DNA of 64,000 bases from Octopus sinensis. Taxonomy: Eukaryota. Numbering within the stretch: the stretch's first letter is position 1; each line of letters begins with the position of its first letter. Both the position numbers and the translations under genes were made by a program. The DNA is taken from positions 22,320,001 through 22,384,000 of the forward strand of contig NC_043014.1 of assembly GCF_006345805.1 (NCBI RefSeq), written 5' to 3'. Shown here piece after piece: positions 1 through 11,819 of the stretch. The notes under the pieces were generated by a model that saw nothing but the letters and a program-made list of their open reading frames with translations, made no database searches and was not told the DNA's origin.

Positions 1-394
1 TATGTGCTCCTTCTCTCTCACACACAGATGCACACACCTTCCTTCTACCCTTCTTACACCTCCCCAACAGATCTGCATTCCCACCTGTTCCCTAACCCCT
101 CATTCACTGTTTTTTTTCTTAACCACTTTCCCTTCTTCATGCTTCTTTGCTACTCTTGTATTTCTCATCTGATGAAGAACTAGAGTCTAAAAAGTTAAGA
201 CTACCTCTCTTTTTAAGTGTTAAACTAACACAATATTTGTTGAAACTTGTCACCTTTGCATTTCTCTTTTTGTTTTTGTTCATTGCCTTTGTTAATATAA
301 CAAGGACTGCAGGTTTATTAAAGAGAAAAGCAGATAGATCTCTGCTTCTCTCAGGTAAATAGCGCTGCTCGAGGAAAGACTGAGGCAGGAATTC

Positions 395-680
395 CATATG
401 GTATACCCAGTGCAGACTATGGACACATAAGAGGTGCATTGGTATCACAGGAAGGTTAACAAAAAGATTAGTGTTTGTACATGTAAGATGTACTGGAGCT
501 ATAAACACTAAGAACACACAGAAAATAGATTATCTTGAATGCCCTAGAAGTAGTAAGTAGTTTCAGTTACCTAGATAACCTAATTAGCAATGGAGGAGGA
601 TGTTCTGAAAGTAAAGATATTAGAATAAAAATAGGATGGAGAAAGTTCAGAGAGCTATTACCTTTATTAGCTGCAAAAGC

Positions 681-761
<81 letters not shown>

Positions 762-870
762 AGATTGTTTGATGCTTGTGTATGAACAGCAATGCTACAT
801 GGTAGTGAGACATGGGCCATGAATGTGGAAACTAGGGAAGAATGAATCTATCAAACTCCTTATCACCTCC
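395..870 (+). mobile_element. RTE-clade LINE fragment (C-terminal part of RT ORF), interrupted by (CT)n
   Basis: ORF 535-822 reads LEVVSSFSYL...GGGCSE...IRIKIGWRKFRELLPLL, a typical RTE RT C-terminal segment; the same segment recurs at 63.7-64.0 kb. Confidence 0.75.
681..761. repeat. (CT)n microsatellite
   Basis: About 80 bp of near-perfect CT repeat. Confidence 0.95.
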
Positions 871-1129
871 TATCATTTTCAACACCTGTATTTGCCATCA
901 TTCCCTACTCACTGTACACACCCTTGTGTATCCCAACATCTGCCTTTCCATTGCTCCTTCACTTTGCGCATCATCCCACTACCTTATGATCTATCCTCTA
1001 TCCTGAATTTCTGAGTGCTTAGAGGGAAACTGAAAAAACCCTGTCGTATATATATGTATATGTGTGTGTGTTTGTATTTGTCCCCCCACTGTCACTTGAC
1101 AAGAATAAAAGAACAAGAGAATATATATA

Positions 1130-1146
1130 AAATACATATATATATA

Positions 1147-1202
<56 letters not shown>
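1130..1202. repeat. (AT)n microsatellite
   Basis: Direct reading; one of many (AT)n tracts in the window. Confidence 0.95.
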
Positions 1203-1204
<2 letters not shown>

Positions 1205-1511
1205 TGCAGGAGCTTTTCTTACTATAGCCTTGGGCTGACCAAAGCCTTGAGAGTGGATTTTGTAGATGGAAACTGAAAGAAGACGGTTGTATATGTGTGT
1301 GTATATTTGTATCTGTTTCCTCCACCACCATCGCTTGACAACCAATGTTGGTGTGTTTACATCCCCATAACTCAGCAGTTCAGCAAAAGAGACTGACAGA
1401 ATGGGTACTACGCTCACAAAGAATAACTCCTGGGGTTGATTTGTTCGACTAAACTCAGTGCTCCATCATGGCTGCAGTCAAATGACCGAAACAAGTAATA
1501 GAGTGAAGGAG
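1202..1511 (+). mobile_element. tRNA-derived SINE, family A, internally deleted
   Basis: Shares ctatagcc...ccaaagccttg...gaaactgaaagaag and the 3' tail gactgaaacaagtaa with copies at 28.8, 29.8 and 34.1 kb; most of the tRNA head is deleted. Confidence 0.8.
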
Positions 1512-1810
1512 CATAAATATCTGAATAAATATTCTTTTACTTGTTTCAGTCATTTAACTGAGGCCATACTGGAGCATCGCCTTTAGTTGGGCAAATTGAC
1601 TCCAGGATTTATTGCTTGTAAGCCTAGTACTTATTCAGTCGGTCTCTTTTGCCAAACCGTTAATTTACAGGGATCCAACACAGTCTGTGTTTGTTCCCTT
1701 CTAATTGTTGTTTCTCTTGCCTGCCTTCTATTGTCTATCTGTCCAAATGTTTTATTGTGTTCTGTTGCGTTTTTGTTCCATTTCTATATTTATATATATA
1801 TATGTGAATG

Positions 1811-2105
1811 TGCATGGCTCAGTGGTTAGAGCGTCGAGCTTACAATCGTGGAGTTGTGAGTTCGATTCCTGGGTCTGGCTGTGTGCTGTGTTCTTGAGCA
1901 AAACACTTTATTTCATGTTGCTCCAGTTAACTCAGCTGTAGAAATGAGTTTGCCTTTCCTTTGAATAACATCAGTGGTGTGGAGAGGGGAGGCTGGCATG
2001 CATGGGTGGCTGCTAGCCTTCCATAAACAACCTTGCCCAGACTTGTACCTTGGAGGGTAACTTTCTAGGTGCAATCCCACGGTCATTCATCACCGAAGGG
2101 GTCTC
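1811..2105 (+). mobile_element. tRNA-derived SINE, family B
   Basis: A-box-like TGGCTCAGTGG and B-box-like GTTCGATTCC, followed by a non-tRNA body; a reverse copy is at about 49.7-50.0 kb. Confidence 0.75.
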
Positions 2106-2654
2106 CTATATATATATATATATATATAAAAACTTGGAGAAGAGAAATAGAGAAATAACGCATGCGTTCGGTCATATAGTAATATAATAAATAAATAAAA
2201 TATATGCATATATACATACATATATGTACATACTTACATCTACATGTATATATACATGCATACATATATATATATGAGTACAGGACACCACAAATATATT
2301 ACTATATATATATAAATGTAGTTATTTATACATGTATATATATATATATATATATAGATAGATAGATATTTATACATATATATGTTTGTGTGTGTGTATA
2401 TATACTTACATACAAGAGACCAAAGTGTGCGTACGCAGCTATATTATATATATAAAAAATACAAAAATGGGACAAGAACACAAAACATCCAGACAGTTAG
2501 GTGAAACAAAAAACAAAAAAGGACGGATCATTCGAAGTTTTCTATCCTCAGTTGAGTTCCAGATTATCTTTGCAATTTCAGCTGGTTATACCCAAAATTG
2601 CTCCAATCTCAAGTATAACCAGTTATAGTTATATATATGTATATGTTTATATAT

Positions 2655-3115
2655 CATCATCATCATCATCATCATTTAGCGTCTGCTTTCCCTGCTAGCA
2701 TGGGTTGGACGGTTCAACTGGGGTCTGGGAAGCCAGAAGGCTGCACCAGGCCCAGTCTGATCTGGCAGTGTTTCTATGGCAGTGTTTCTGGATGCCCTTC
2801 CTAACGCCAACCACTCCTTGAGTGTAGTGGGTGCTTTTTACGTGCCACCCGCACAGGTGCCAGACAGGGCTGGCAAACGGCCACAGACAGATGGTGCTTT
2901 TTACGTGCCACCAGCACGAGGGCCAGGCGAGGCTGGCAATGGCCACGAACGGATGGTGCTTTTTACGTGCCGGCACGGAGGCCAGTCGGGGCGGCGCTGG
3001 CAATGGTCACGATCGGATGGTTCACCTACTTGTCACCGGCACTGGTATCACAGCTGCAATTTCCATTGATGTTGATCGACTTCGATTTTAATTCTGCTTT
3101 CTGATATCTGATTTG
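2655..3115 (-). mobile_element. Interspersed repeat with (GAT)n 3' tail (probable RTE 3' end or RTE-dependent SINE), with internal ~53-bp tandem units
   Basis: catcatcat-ttagcgtctgctttcc...ctggatgcccttcctaacgccaaccac recurs at 5.4, 16.4, 17.8, 44.4 and 58.6 kb. Confidence 0.7.
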
Positions 3116-3138
3116 ATTTGATTATATATATATATATA

Positions 3139-3432
3139 TGGCCCAGTGGTTAGGGCAGCGGACTCATGGTCGTACGATCACGGTTTCGATTCCCAGACCG
3201 GGCGTTGTGGGTGTTTATTGAGCGAAAACACCTAAAAGCTCCACGAGGCTCCAGCAGGGGGTGGTGATCCCTGCCGTACTCTTTCACCACTCTTTCTCCC
3301 ACTCCTTCTTCTGTTGGCCTGCTCGCTTAGCCAGCGGGGTAGCGTCATTTGAAGGCTAAAACAATGCGAACACATTGTGACCAGCAATGTGTAACAATAT
3401 CTGATGGTCTGGTCAGTCACGTGATCACGTGA
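3139..3432 (+). mobile_element. tRNA-derived SINE, family D
   Basis: TGGCCCAGTGGTTAGG A-box-like and GTTTCGATTCC B-box-like motifs, followed by a non-tRNA body. Confidence 0.65.
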
Positions 3433-3462
3433 TATATGTATGTGTATATATATATATTTATA

Positions 3463-3923
3463 TATCAGGAGGCGTTCGATGCTTCCTAGGGCTATACAGC
3501 GGTGGTGTACCCCCTACTGTCACATTCTTGTTAGATTAACAGTATACAACCATTCTATCGCCCCACCACCGTACATGTCTCTACGAGAGATTTAGAAATT
3601 CAATATTTCTTATTTTGATAATCAGTGAATAAACTTCACTGAATATAGATATATAGAATTATGAAGCCGAGGCAAATATCACCGGCTGACCGGTGTCTGC
3701 TACTCTAGGCTGATGAAAGACAACGATCCTGAAACACGGTGTCCCTAGATGCAGTTCCGGCAGCCGGGGGTGTTTGTCTCCCCTTCGTATATCTATATAA
3801 GGACACAGGGAAAAAATGTGTCAAAGCTATCAGGAGGCGTTTGATGCTTCCTAGGGCTATACAGCGGTGGTGTACCCCCTACTGTCACGTTCTTGTTAGA
3901 TTGACAATATACAACCATTCTAT
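3463..3923 (+). mobile_element. Non-coding hammerhead-bearing direct-repeat element (retrozyme / Penelope pLTR-like), 365-bp monomer
   Basis: 96-bp terminal direct repeats at 3463-3558 and 3828-3923 (4 mismatches); (TA)n flanks; hammerhead at 3697-3754. Confidence 0.75.
3697..3754 (+). ncRNA. Type I hammerhead ribozyme (minimal)
   Basis: Stem I UCUAGG/CCUAGA plus CUGC/GCAG; CUGAUGA 3710-3716; stem II AAGA/UCCU (1 mismatch); GAAA 3731-3734; stem III ACAC/GUGU; GUC cleavage triplet 3741-3743. Confidence 0.75.
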
Positions 3924-4018
3924 ATATATATATATATGTTTATATGTTTATATATATGTTTATATATATGTATATATATATATATAGTTATATATATGTT
4001 TATATATATATATAAATG

Positions 4019-4072
<54 letters not shown>

Positions 4073-4491
4073 TCTTTATATATATAGTTATAAATATGTT
4101 TATATATATATATATAGTTATATATATGTTTATATATATATATTGATACAAATTGCAAGACAACAAAAAAATGAAAGGGACCTTGGTATTATGTAAATAG
4201 AAGAATTTATCTGTAATATAACACGTGACAATTTAAGTCATGTCTTACTTATTCCAGCTACAACGGAGAGAAAGAAAGATGACCGATGGTCACGTGGGGG
4301 CCACATGAGCAAAGGAGGAGCAGTAAATTAGGAGTGACTGAGTAATAGGATTGATTAGGGGGGAAGAGGAGATTAAAGAATAAGAGAGAGAAAAGAAAGA
4401 ATAATAAGATCGTATAGAGTGCGCATTAAGATAAAACTTATTTGGAAGAGGATGCGTGGCATTCAATCATATAATAATATAAAAGATATAT

Positions 4492-4569
<78 letters not shown>

Positions 4570-4764
4570 CATACATACATACATACATATGTGGACACAG
4601 GATGTCATGAAACGTGTACAACAAGAAAGTATGAAGCATGAGTACATGGAGCATGAACTATTCTTTCGAACAACGAAAGACACAAATGGAAAACAAAACA
4701 AACAGCATAAAGAACAATCTTTCATCAGTTGTTGGCTGTTTTTCTAGTTCGTATATATATATAT

Positions 4765-4803
<39 letters not shown>

Positions 4804-5240
4804 ATATATATACTCTTTTACTTGTTTCAGTCATTTGACTGTGGCATGCTGGGCAACACCTTTTAATCAAGCAAATCGACTCCAGGACTTATTCTTTGTA
4901 AGCTTATCGGTCTCTATTGCCTATATATATATATATTTATATATATATTATATTATTCGAAGGAATTCCAACTCTGTCTGTTTTTTATGTTTTATTTATA
5001 TTCTTTATAATATTAATGTAGAATATAGAATATATAGTATAAATAGTATATCTAGTAAAATGAAATGAAGTATTGATCGTCTTATTGAATAAATGAAATA
5101 TTGAATATCAAATATTAAGGGACAAGTATGCTTTCTTGCATTTAAGCAGTCTTCAAGGTCCCAGGTTGTGACAGGAATGTTTCAACTGTATGTAACATGT
5201 CTGTATGTTTGTAATGATGTATGTATGTGAATATATATAT

Positions 5241-5272
<32 letters not shown>

Positions 5273-5354
5273 GATGTGTGTGTATAGTTCTATATATAAT
5301 GTATGTATATAGTTATATATATATTTATATATATGTACATTTATATATATGCTT

Positions 5355-5575
5355 AAAAGCACCAACCGATTGTGGCCGTTGCCAACCTCTCCTGGCACAT
5401 AAAAAGCACCCATTACACTCACGGAGTGGTTGGCGTTAGGATGAGCATCCAGCTGTAGAAACACTGCCAGATCAGACTGGAGCCTAGTGCAGCCTCCTGG
5501 CTTCCAAGACCCCGGTCGAACCATCCAACCCATGTTAGCATGGAAAACGGACATTAAATGATGATGACGATGATA
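5355..5575 (+). mobile_element. (GAT)n-tailed repeat, same family as 2655-3115
   Basis: Reverse complement of the 2.7-kb copy, ending gcatggaaaacggacattaaatgatgatgacgatga. Confidence 0.7.
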
Positions 5576-5611
5576 TATTCATATGTACATGAGCATTTAT
5601 GTGGGTGTCTG

Positions 5612-5658
<47 letters not shown>

Positions 5659-6058
5659 CATGCATATATACGTAACATGTCTGTATGTTTGTAATGATGT
5701 ATGTATGTGAATATATGTTACTTTTGTCTTTTACTTATTTCAGTCATTAGACTGTGGCTATGCTAGGGCACCACCTTGAAAGCTATATAGATACATTGGT
5801 ACTGATACATTTCAAGTGAGCTGTATTGCAGTGTATTGCAGTGTTGTATCGTGTCCATGCCTCTCTAACAATACATGTATAACTGTCTGCTATTATAACT
5901 CGAATGTCTCCTAACTCATTCACTTCCTTCTTGGCAGCATAGTAATTGCTGCTCAATGGAGACAACACTGACTCTCTTTCTTGCTTTCATTCTCTTGCCA
6001 AATGGCACACTTCTCCTGTTACTACTGCCTCTTCCGTTGCTGCTGCTGTACCAATTAT

Positions 6059-6089
<31 letters not shown>

Positions 6090-7289
6090 CGATACATACT
6101 CTATAACATTTTGCATCTATTTTCTGATGTTGCAGTTGTATTTCTGTTTGGTATTCACAAATTCTATTGAGCTAAAACACTTACCACTCACTCAATATGT
6201 TCCCTTTTCTGGCAAAAAAATGGGAAGCACATACATCAGCTCTCATTTTTACAATTTTTGGGGGGTGATAATTGCTATATGCTACTCTGAGGAATCCAAA
6301 TACTTCATCTGCATTGATGTGAAACTGATCATAATTATAATAATTATTTCAAATTTTGGCACAATGCCAGCATTTTCTTTTTTCTGATTTTTGAGAAGTA
6401 GGGATAAGTCATTTTCATTGATTCTGAAAGACTGAAAGATAACGTCATGAAGTCAAGCCAATTTGTGATTTTGGGTCAATACTAGAAATCTTCATTACCA
6501 GTATTTTGTAGAGTAATGAACAAAATGTATTGTCTTATTTGTTTGGCTCTTAACATTCTGAGTCCAATTGTGCCAGTTGAGTTCAGGGGGCAGTTTTATT
6601 ATTGACTCCTTCTCATTCTCAAATTTCTAGTCTTGCGCCTATGTTGATGATGACGACATTGACAACACTATCAGGCCTTTCCTCCATAGGCACAAGCCTG
6701 AAATTTTGGATAATGGGTCTAGTTGATTACATCAACCCCATTACTCAACAGGTACTTATTCAATCAACCTTGAAAGGATGAAAGGTAAAATTGACTTTTA
6801 GTAGAATTTGAACTCAGAACATAAAGTTAGGAGAAATGCCACAAAGCATTTTATACAGCATGTTAATGATTCTGCCAGTTCATCGTAATAATAACGGTGA
6901 GCTGGCAGAATCTTTAGCATGCCAGACAAAATGCTTATCAACATTTTTTCCAGCTTTATATTCTGAGTTCAAATTCCACCAGTTGACTTTGCCTTTTATC
7001 CTTTCAGGGGCAAGAAAACAAGTATCAGTCAAGCACTGGGGTTATTGTAATTAATTAGCCCCCTCTCCCTCAAAATTTCAGGCCTTGTACCTACAGTAGA
7101 AAGAATTATTATTATTGTTGTTTTGGCAGTAAGCTGGCAGAATCATTAGCACACTAGGCAAAATGTATTTCGTCTGTCTTTATATTCTAAGCTCAAATTC
7201 AGCCAAGGTCAACTTTCTACATAACTGTCAGTGGATTACTCTCTCTAGGTTGTCATGTCTTGTATTCTTTCTGTGCCAGCATGCTACAT

Positions 7290-7620
7290 TCACTTACTAT
7301 ATGAGTAATGCTTTCCTCTTATGATTTGCATAACTTACATTGAGAATCTACTTCGTTTTTGTCTACCTTGGCTTTTATCCAGTTAGTCCTTAATACTTGA
7401 TATTGTGCAGCTACTAACAAACTTTCTGTCTCCCTTTTCAGCATTTCTTTCTGCAACCATGTCTCACTACTACTATTTGCTGCAACTATCTTTGGGAATC
7501 TACCATGCAACATCTCCTACCAGTCAGATAATTTCTGTTCTTGTTTCTGGTTCTTAACTTCGTTTGGATTTTTAGTTTCTTTGTCTTGCTGTGACTCTAG
7601 CAGCTTTTAATAAACTTTCT
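7290..7620 (-). mobile_element. R4/Dong-type LINE fragment
   Basis: ORF 7319-7513 reads HGRF...WLQKEMLKRETESLLVAAQYQVLRTNWIKAKVD...CKLC, matching the post-RT region of RLE-type LINEs and the copy at 52-54 kb. Confidence 0.7.
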
Positions 7621-7693
7621 TCACTACTACCTACATAGGAGTCTATATCCACTGTCCATGCAGAGGCCTCTGGCTCCACTGCTCCTCACATTT

Positions 7694-7725
<32 letters not shown>

Positions 7726-7959
7726 TATTATAATGGATGGTTTACTTTGTACATGATGCAACATTCTTGATTTGAAGGATGAAGTGCATCAGGGACCACT
7801 ATTATTTACAGTTATGATGGAGGCACTGGCTTGAAGCATAAAGGAGTTTACTATGGGAATTGCTGTATGCAGATTATATGGTGTAAAGAGTAGATTATGG
7901 ATGATTAAATGGAAGGAATGTATGATGATAAATAATGGAAAAATGATGGTAATAGCAAA

Positions 7960-8760
7960 TGGTAAAATTTGTAGTTAGGTACAAAGAGCAGAGAAGTCAC
8001 CAGGTACGATTCACAAGGAAAAAATGGAGTTAATTATATTGAAGGTACAATATGTGATGGGTGTGTTCATCAAAAAGTAATACTGTGAGATGTTTATTAA
8101 CTAACATGGCTGCTACACTTACGTATAGCATCTGTATGTGGAGGGAGTTGTAGATAGGGAAATTTTGAACCAGATTTTGAAAATGGTGTGAAGATAAAAG
8201 GTGTGGAAAGATTTTGTTATCTTGGACACATGTTGTATAGGAAAAGGGAATTTAGCAACAGTGCAAGAGTATGATATTATTCATGGAAGTAATTCTGAGA
8301 ACCAAGGATTTGCTTATGAGGAAGTGAGTGTTGCTGAAGGGAAAGCTGCTTGGTGCATGTGTGTGAGTGAGACACAGGTAACAAATGTAGAGCACCAGAG
8401 ACAGAGATGAAAAGAACAGAAATGAGAATGGTTCTAGTGAATAAGTGGAATATTGTTGTGAGTGAGAGGAAGACAAAAAGGGAATTACAAAAAAATTATT
8501 ACAAAAAAGAATAGAGCCAGAAATGAATGCTGTGAAAAGAAATGAGATGGCTGAGTCATGTACAGAGGAAGAGTAAAAGTGTCTGGGTGAGAGTAGTGAT
8601 AGAAACGAACATAGAAAGAATTAGAGGGAAGGTAAAACCTAGGAAGACATGGCTGAAGATAATGGAAGGGGAAATGATGGCAAGAAGGATTGTGAGTGTG
8701 GATGTAAAGAATAGGGCAAAATTGAGAAGAAAATCATGGGACATGCCAGGATAACCACTA
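7960..8760 (+). mobile_element. Degenerate RTE LINE 3' fragment
   Basis: Residual motifs (FVILD, MRWLSHVQRK, GKVKPRKTW) in broken frames. Confidence 0.55.
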
Positions 8761-10437
8761 AGTTTGCTTGGAAAATGGTTTTAAAACACCTGTTGATTTG
8801 TGTACAATATATATGTGTACAATATACTTTGTGTAAAATAGTACATTAGCATTTGTTAAAATATTGTTGGCCCAAATAATGTTGAGCAGTATCACATAAG
8901 GGCTACTGTAAGAAAATAGTTGCCATGCCTGCTATAAAGTATCTTATAGACAACTAAGACTACACAATGTTTTATGTCAGGTAGTACGGGAAGATGGATG
9001 CTATAAACTGGAACATTTGTACGTTGTTGCAGCAACTGCCCATCTCTTAACTGTTATGCTACATGCATAAATACCTGCTGTCCTAGTAACTTACATTTGA
9101 GGTTGAGTGGATAAGGTATTGGTCTATTAATTTAGTAGGACTTGAGTTCAAATTTATGGCAGGTTTAAGATATTTTGTTTTTATTGAATTGACCTGGAAA
9201 AAAAGTGCCTAAGGCCTTTACAATTACTCTTAAAATGGTAAAATTGACATTAATTCTCTTCTTAAACGGTTCATGGAAAAATGTACTGGAAGGAATTCCA
9301 GAGAACTGAAGTGATTAATGAGGCCTAAGAGATGGTCATTGTATTGGGGTTGTGTATTAGAGCAACACATTTAATTTTACATTGCTTCAGTTCAGTTAAC
9401 TGTTTAGAACAAATCATATGGGAATGAGCTGCTTTTTTCATCATCTACTCAACAGCCCCATTAAAACCCTTTAGAACCTTTAATTTTTGTAAATTCACAT
9501 TCTGCTTACCCTGAAACCCTCAAACTTTTTGCACACCCAGTAATCCAAATCCATCCTTGCAATAGCCCACATAATCTCAGTAGTTGATAAACTGTTCTCT
9601 CTCTCCCCTTGGTAACTTACATACATATGTGCTCCTTCTTGTCACTGCATTGTAAAACATGTATACAGGTGCTGCCATGGCAATAATAATATCTATATGA
9701 CATCTTTGTCTATTCAGTGCTGAAATATTGATTTCCATATGTATTAAATGTTATGTAGTTGTATGACATCTTCAACTGAGTTCCTTATAGAATATAAATA
9801 GATATAAAACTAATGTTGTTTACCAAGAGAGTGCTCTAGTCTTTGATATCTTGATAGTTGAATGCCTACATGGCTAACAAAATTGCCTCACACTCTTGAA
9901 ACACTGGTTGTGATCCCACTATGTCTTACCAACCATAGCCTTGTGACATGGCAAGCCTTGCAAGTGAAATTGATTAGACAGATATTGTATGGAAGCACCC
10001 TTATCATGCGCTATGTTATTCTGATTTTGCACAGTGGTTACATTAAGGATACAAATGTGTTTAGAATACTCTATAATTCAGTAAATAGTGCTAATGATGA
10101 AAGAACTGGAATCCTCATTGTTGAAGCATTTAAACTTCAACACCAACATTATATTATGTTCCATCATCACTCCTAATCACTAAAATTATTTAAGAGCAAT
10201 GCTACAAATACATTCCTCTGGAGATTTGATTCATTCAAATTGCTATTTGTTATGTCATTCCTCATGGATTGGCGAGTGTGTGTATGGGTGTACATCATTT
10301 GTATTGGTTGATGGTTCTTTAGAACCCAATTGTTGAAGCAATAGCTTTATAATGCCGACATTCCCCTTCTCAAGTGACATCACTTCCTCTGTTCCAGAAT
10401 CTGTCTTTACTAGCAAATAGGGATTTTTATATTGTAA

Positions 10438-11338
10438 CTAGCAGTATCGCCCGGCGTTGCTCGGGTTTGTAAGGGAAATAACTATATAAGCATTTTTAGT
10501 GAGTTATAGCAAAAAAATAGCAAAAAATGCATTAAAAATGGAATAAAAAATTATGGTAATTTTTTTTTTTAAATCGTTGACTCATCGTAGACATTTTTAG
10601 AGAGTTACTTCCCTTATATAATAGCAAAAAATGCATTAAAATGGAATAAAAAATGATGGTAATTTTTTTTTTAAATCGTAGACTCATCGTAGACGCGCGC
10701 TAATACCCAGAAGGGCTCGATATGAATCACGACTATAAGATACCTGGTTTTGGTTACACTGCACCGCAAAATGTGGGAGTAGTTAGGAATCTAAATCGTA
10801 GGAGACAGACACACAACCTTACTTTTATATATAAAGATTTGTGCAACAACTAAAACATTCTGTTGTGCAAATTGTTTGCACAGGAAACCTGCCCTGTGTG
10901 GCAGTAATTGCCATTTTTGTGGATCTGTTTCAGCTTTTTTAGTGATTTCTGTTTTGGCGACTTCAAGCCATGAAGTCGTTGTTCTAAAAGAATGCTGGTC
11001 TCCTTGACAACGCATTACGACGTTGATTTCCTTACACTCCCTTCCTCACAGCTTCACAAGGGAGGGAAGAAGGGGGAGAAGCAACACAAGTGCAGGTGTG
11101 AGCGTCGCCATCGACACACGAAAAAATATGCATTAAAATGGAATAAAAAATGATGTTAAATTATTTTTTAAATCGTAGACTCATCGTAGACGCGCGCTAA
11201 TACCCAGACGGGCTCGATATGAATCACGACTATAAGATACCCGAATTTGGTTAAACTGCACCGCAAAATGTGGGAGTAGTTAGGAATCTAAATCGAAGGG
11301 GACAGACACTCACACAACTACAGTTTTATATATATAGA
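10438..11338 (-). mobile_element. Composite non-autonomous Helitron (two 5' ends, one 3' end)
   Basis: On the minus strand: 5'-TC termini at 11338 and 10837, GC hairpin at 10450-10465, 3'-CTAG at 10438-10441; internal tandem subrepeats; 10650-10837 is repeated at about 11130-11338. Confidence 0.65.
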
Positions 11339-11819
11339 TTATATATATTTACAACATATTGTCTCTCTGTTGAATGAAACAAGGGAACAGTTACTAACTG
11401 AATACCTGTATTTTATTGAATTATTATTATTATTATCATTATTAAACTCCATCAATACTTGGCAGCTGTCCTCAAGCAGCTGTAGTGTAAAGATTAAAAC
11501 TACTCACAGCCATATTTGCAAATTCATACTGTCTTTTTATTCTTGTATTTGGAAAATGTCTGTCTTCTACATTTCACCTTTTTTTGTTAGAGCAAAAATT
11601 CCTAAAAATGGTGATCCCAACGTGATCCAAACAAGTTTACATTTTACAGCAAATGAAAAGAAAAGCAAATGGATAGAACCATTAATGTGTCATAACTGTT
11701 CTAAATAGTTGATGTCTAAAATTTCTTTTTTCACATTCAAACTTCGCCATCTTGCCTTCTCCAATTCATTTTGACATTCCTTGACATTCTTTTCTTCTCA
11801 ATGGCTTTTTCTTCCTTTA

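Noticed and set aside
1811-1880. tRNA gene
   Set aside because: A/B boxes are present but there is no complete cloverleaf, and it runs into a SINE body
2455-2615. Repeat with minus-strand GAAA-TTGCAA and CTGAGGA
   Set aside because: There is no U16.1-H17 cleavage site and the motif order does not close a hammerhead
4600-4745. GAAACGTGTA and a reverse-strand CTGATGA suggesting another hammerhead
   Set aside because: The motifs are on opposite strands, or lack matching stems I and III
1019-6400. Many IYIYIY, VCVC and LSLSLS ORFs
   Set aside because: Translations of dinucleotide microsatellites
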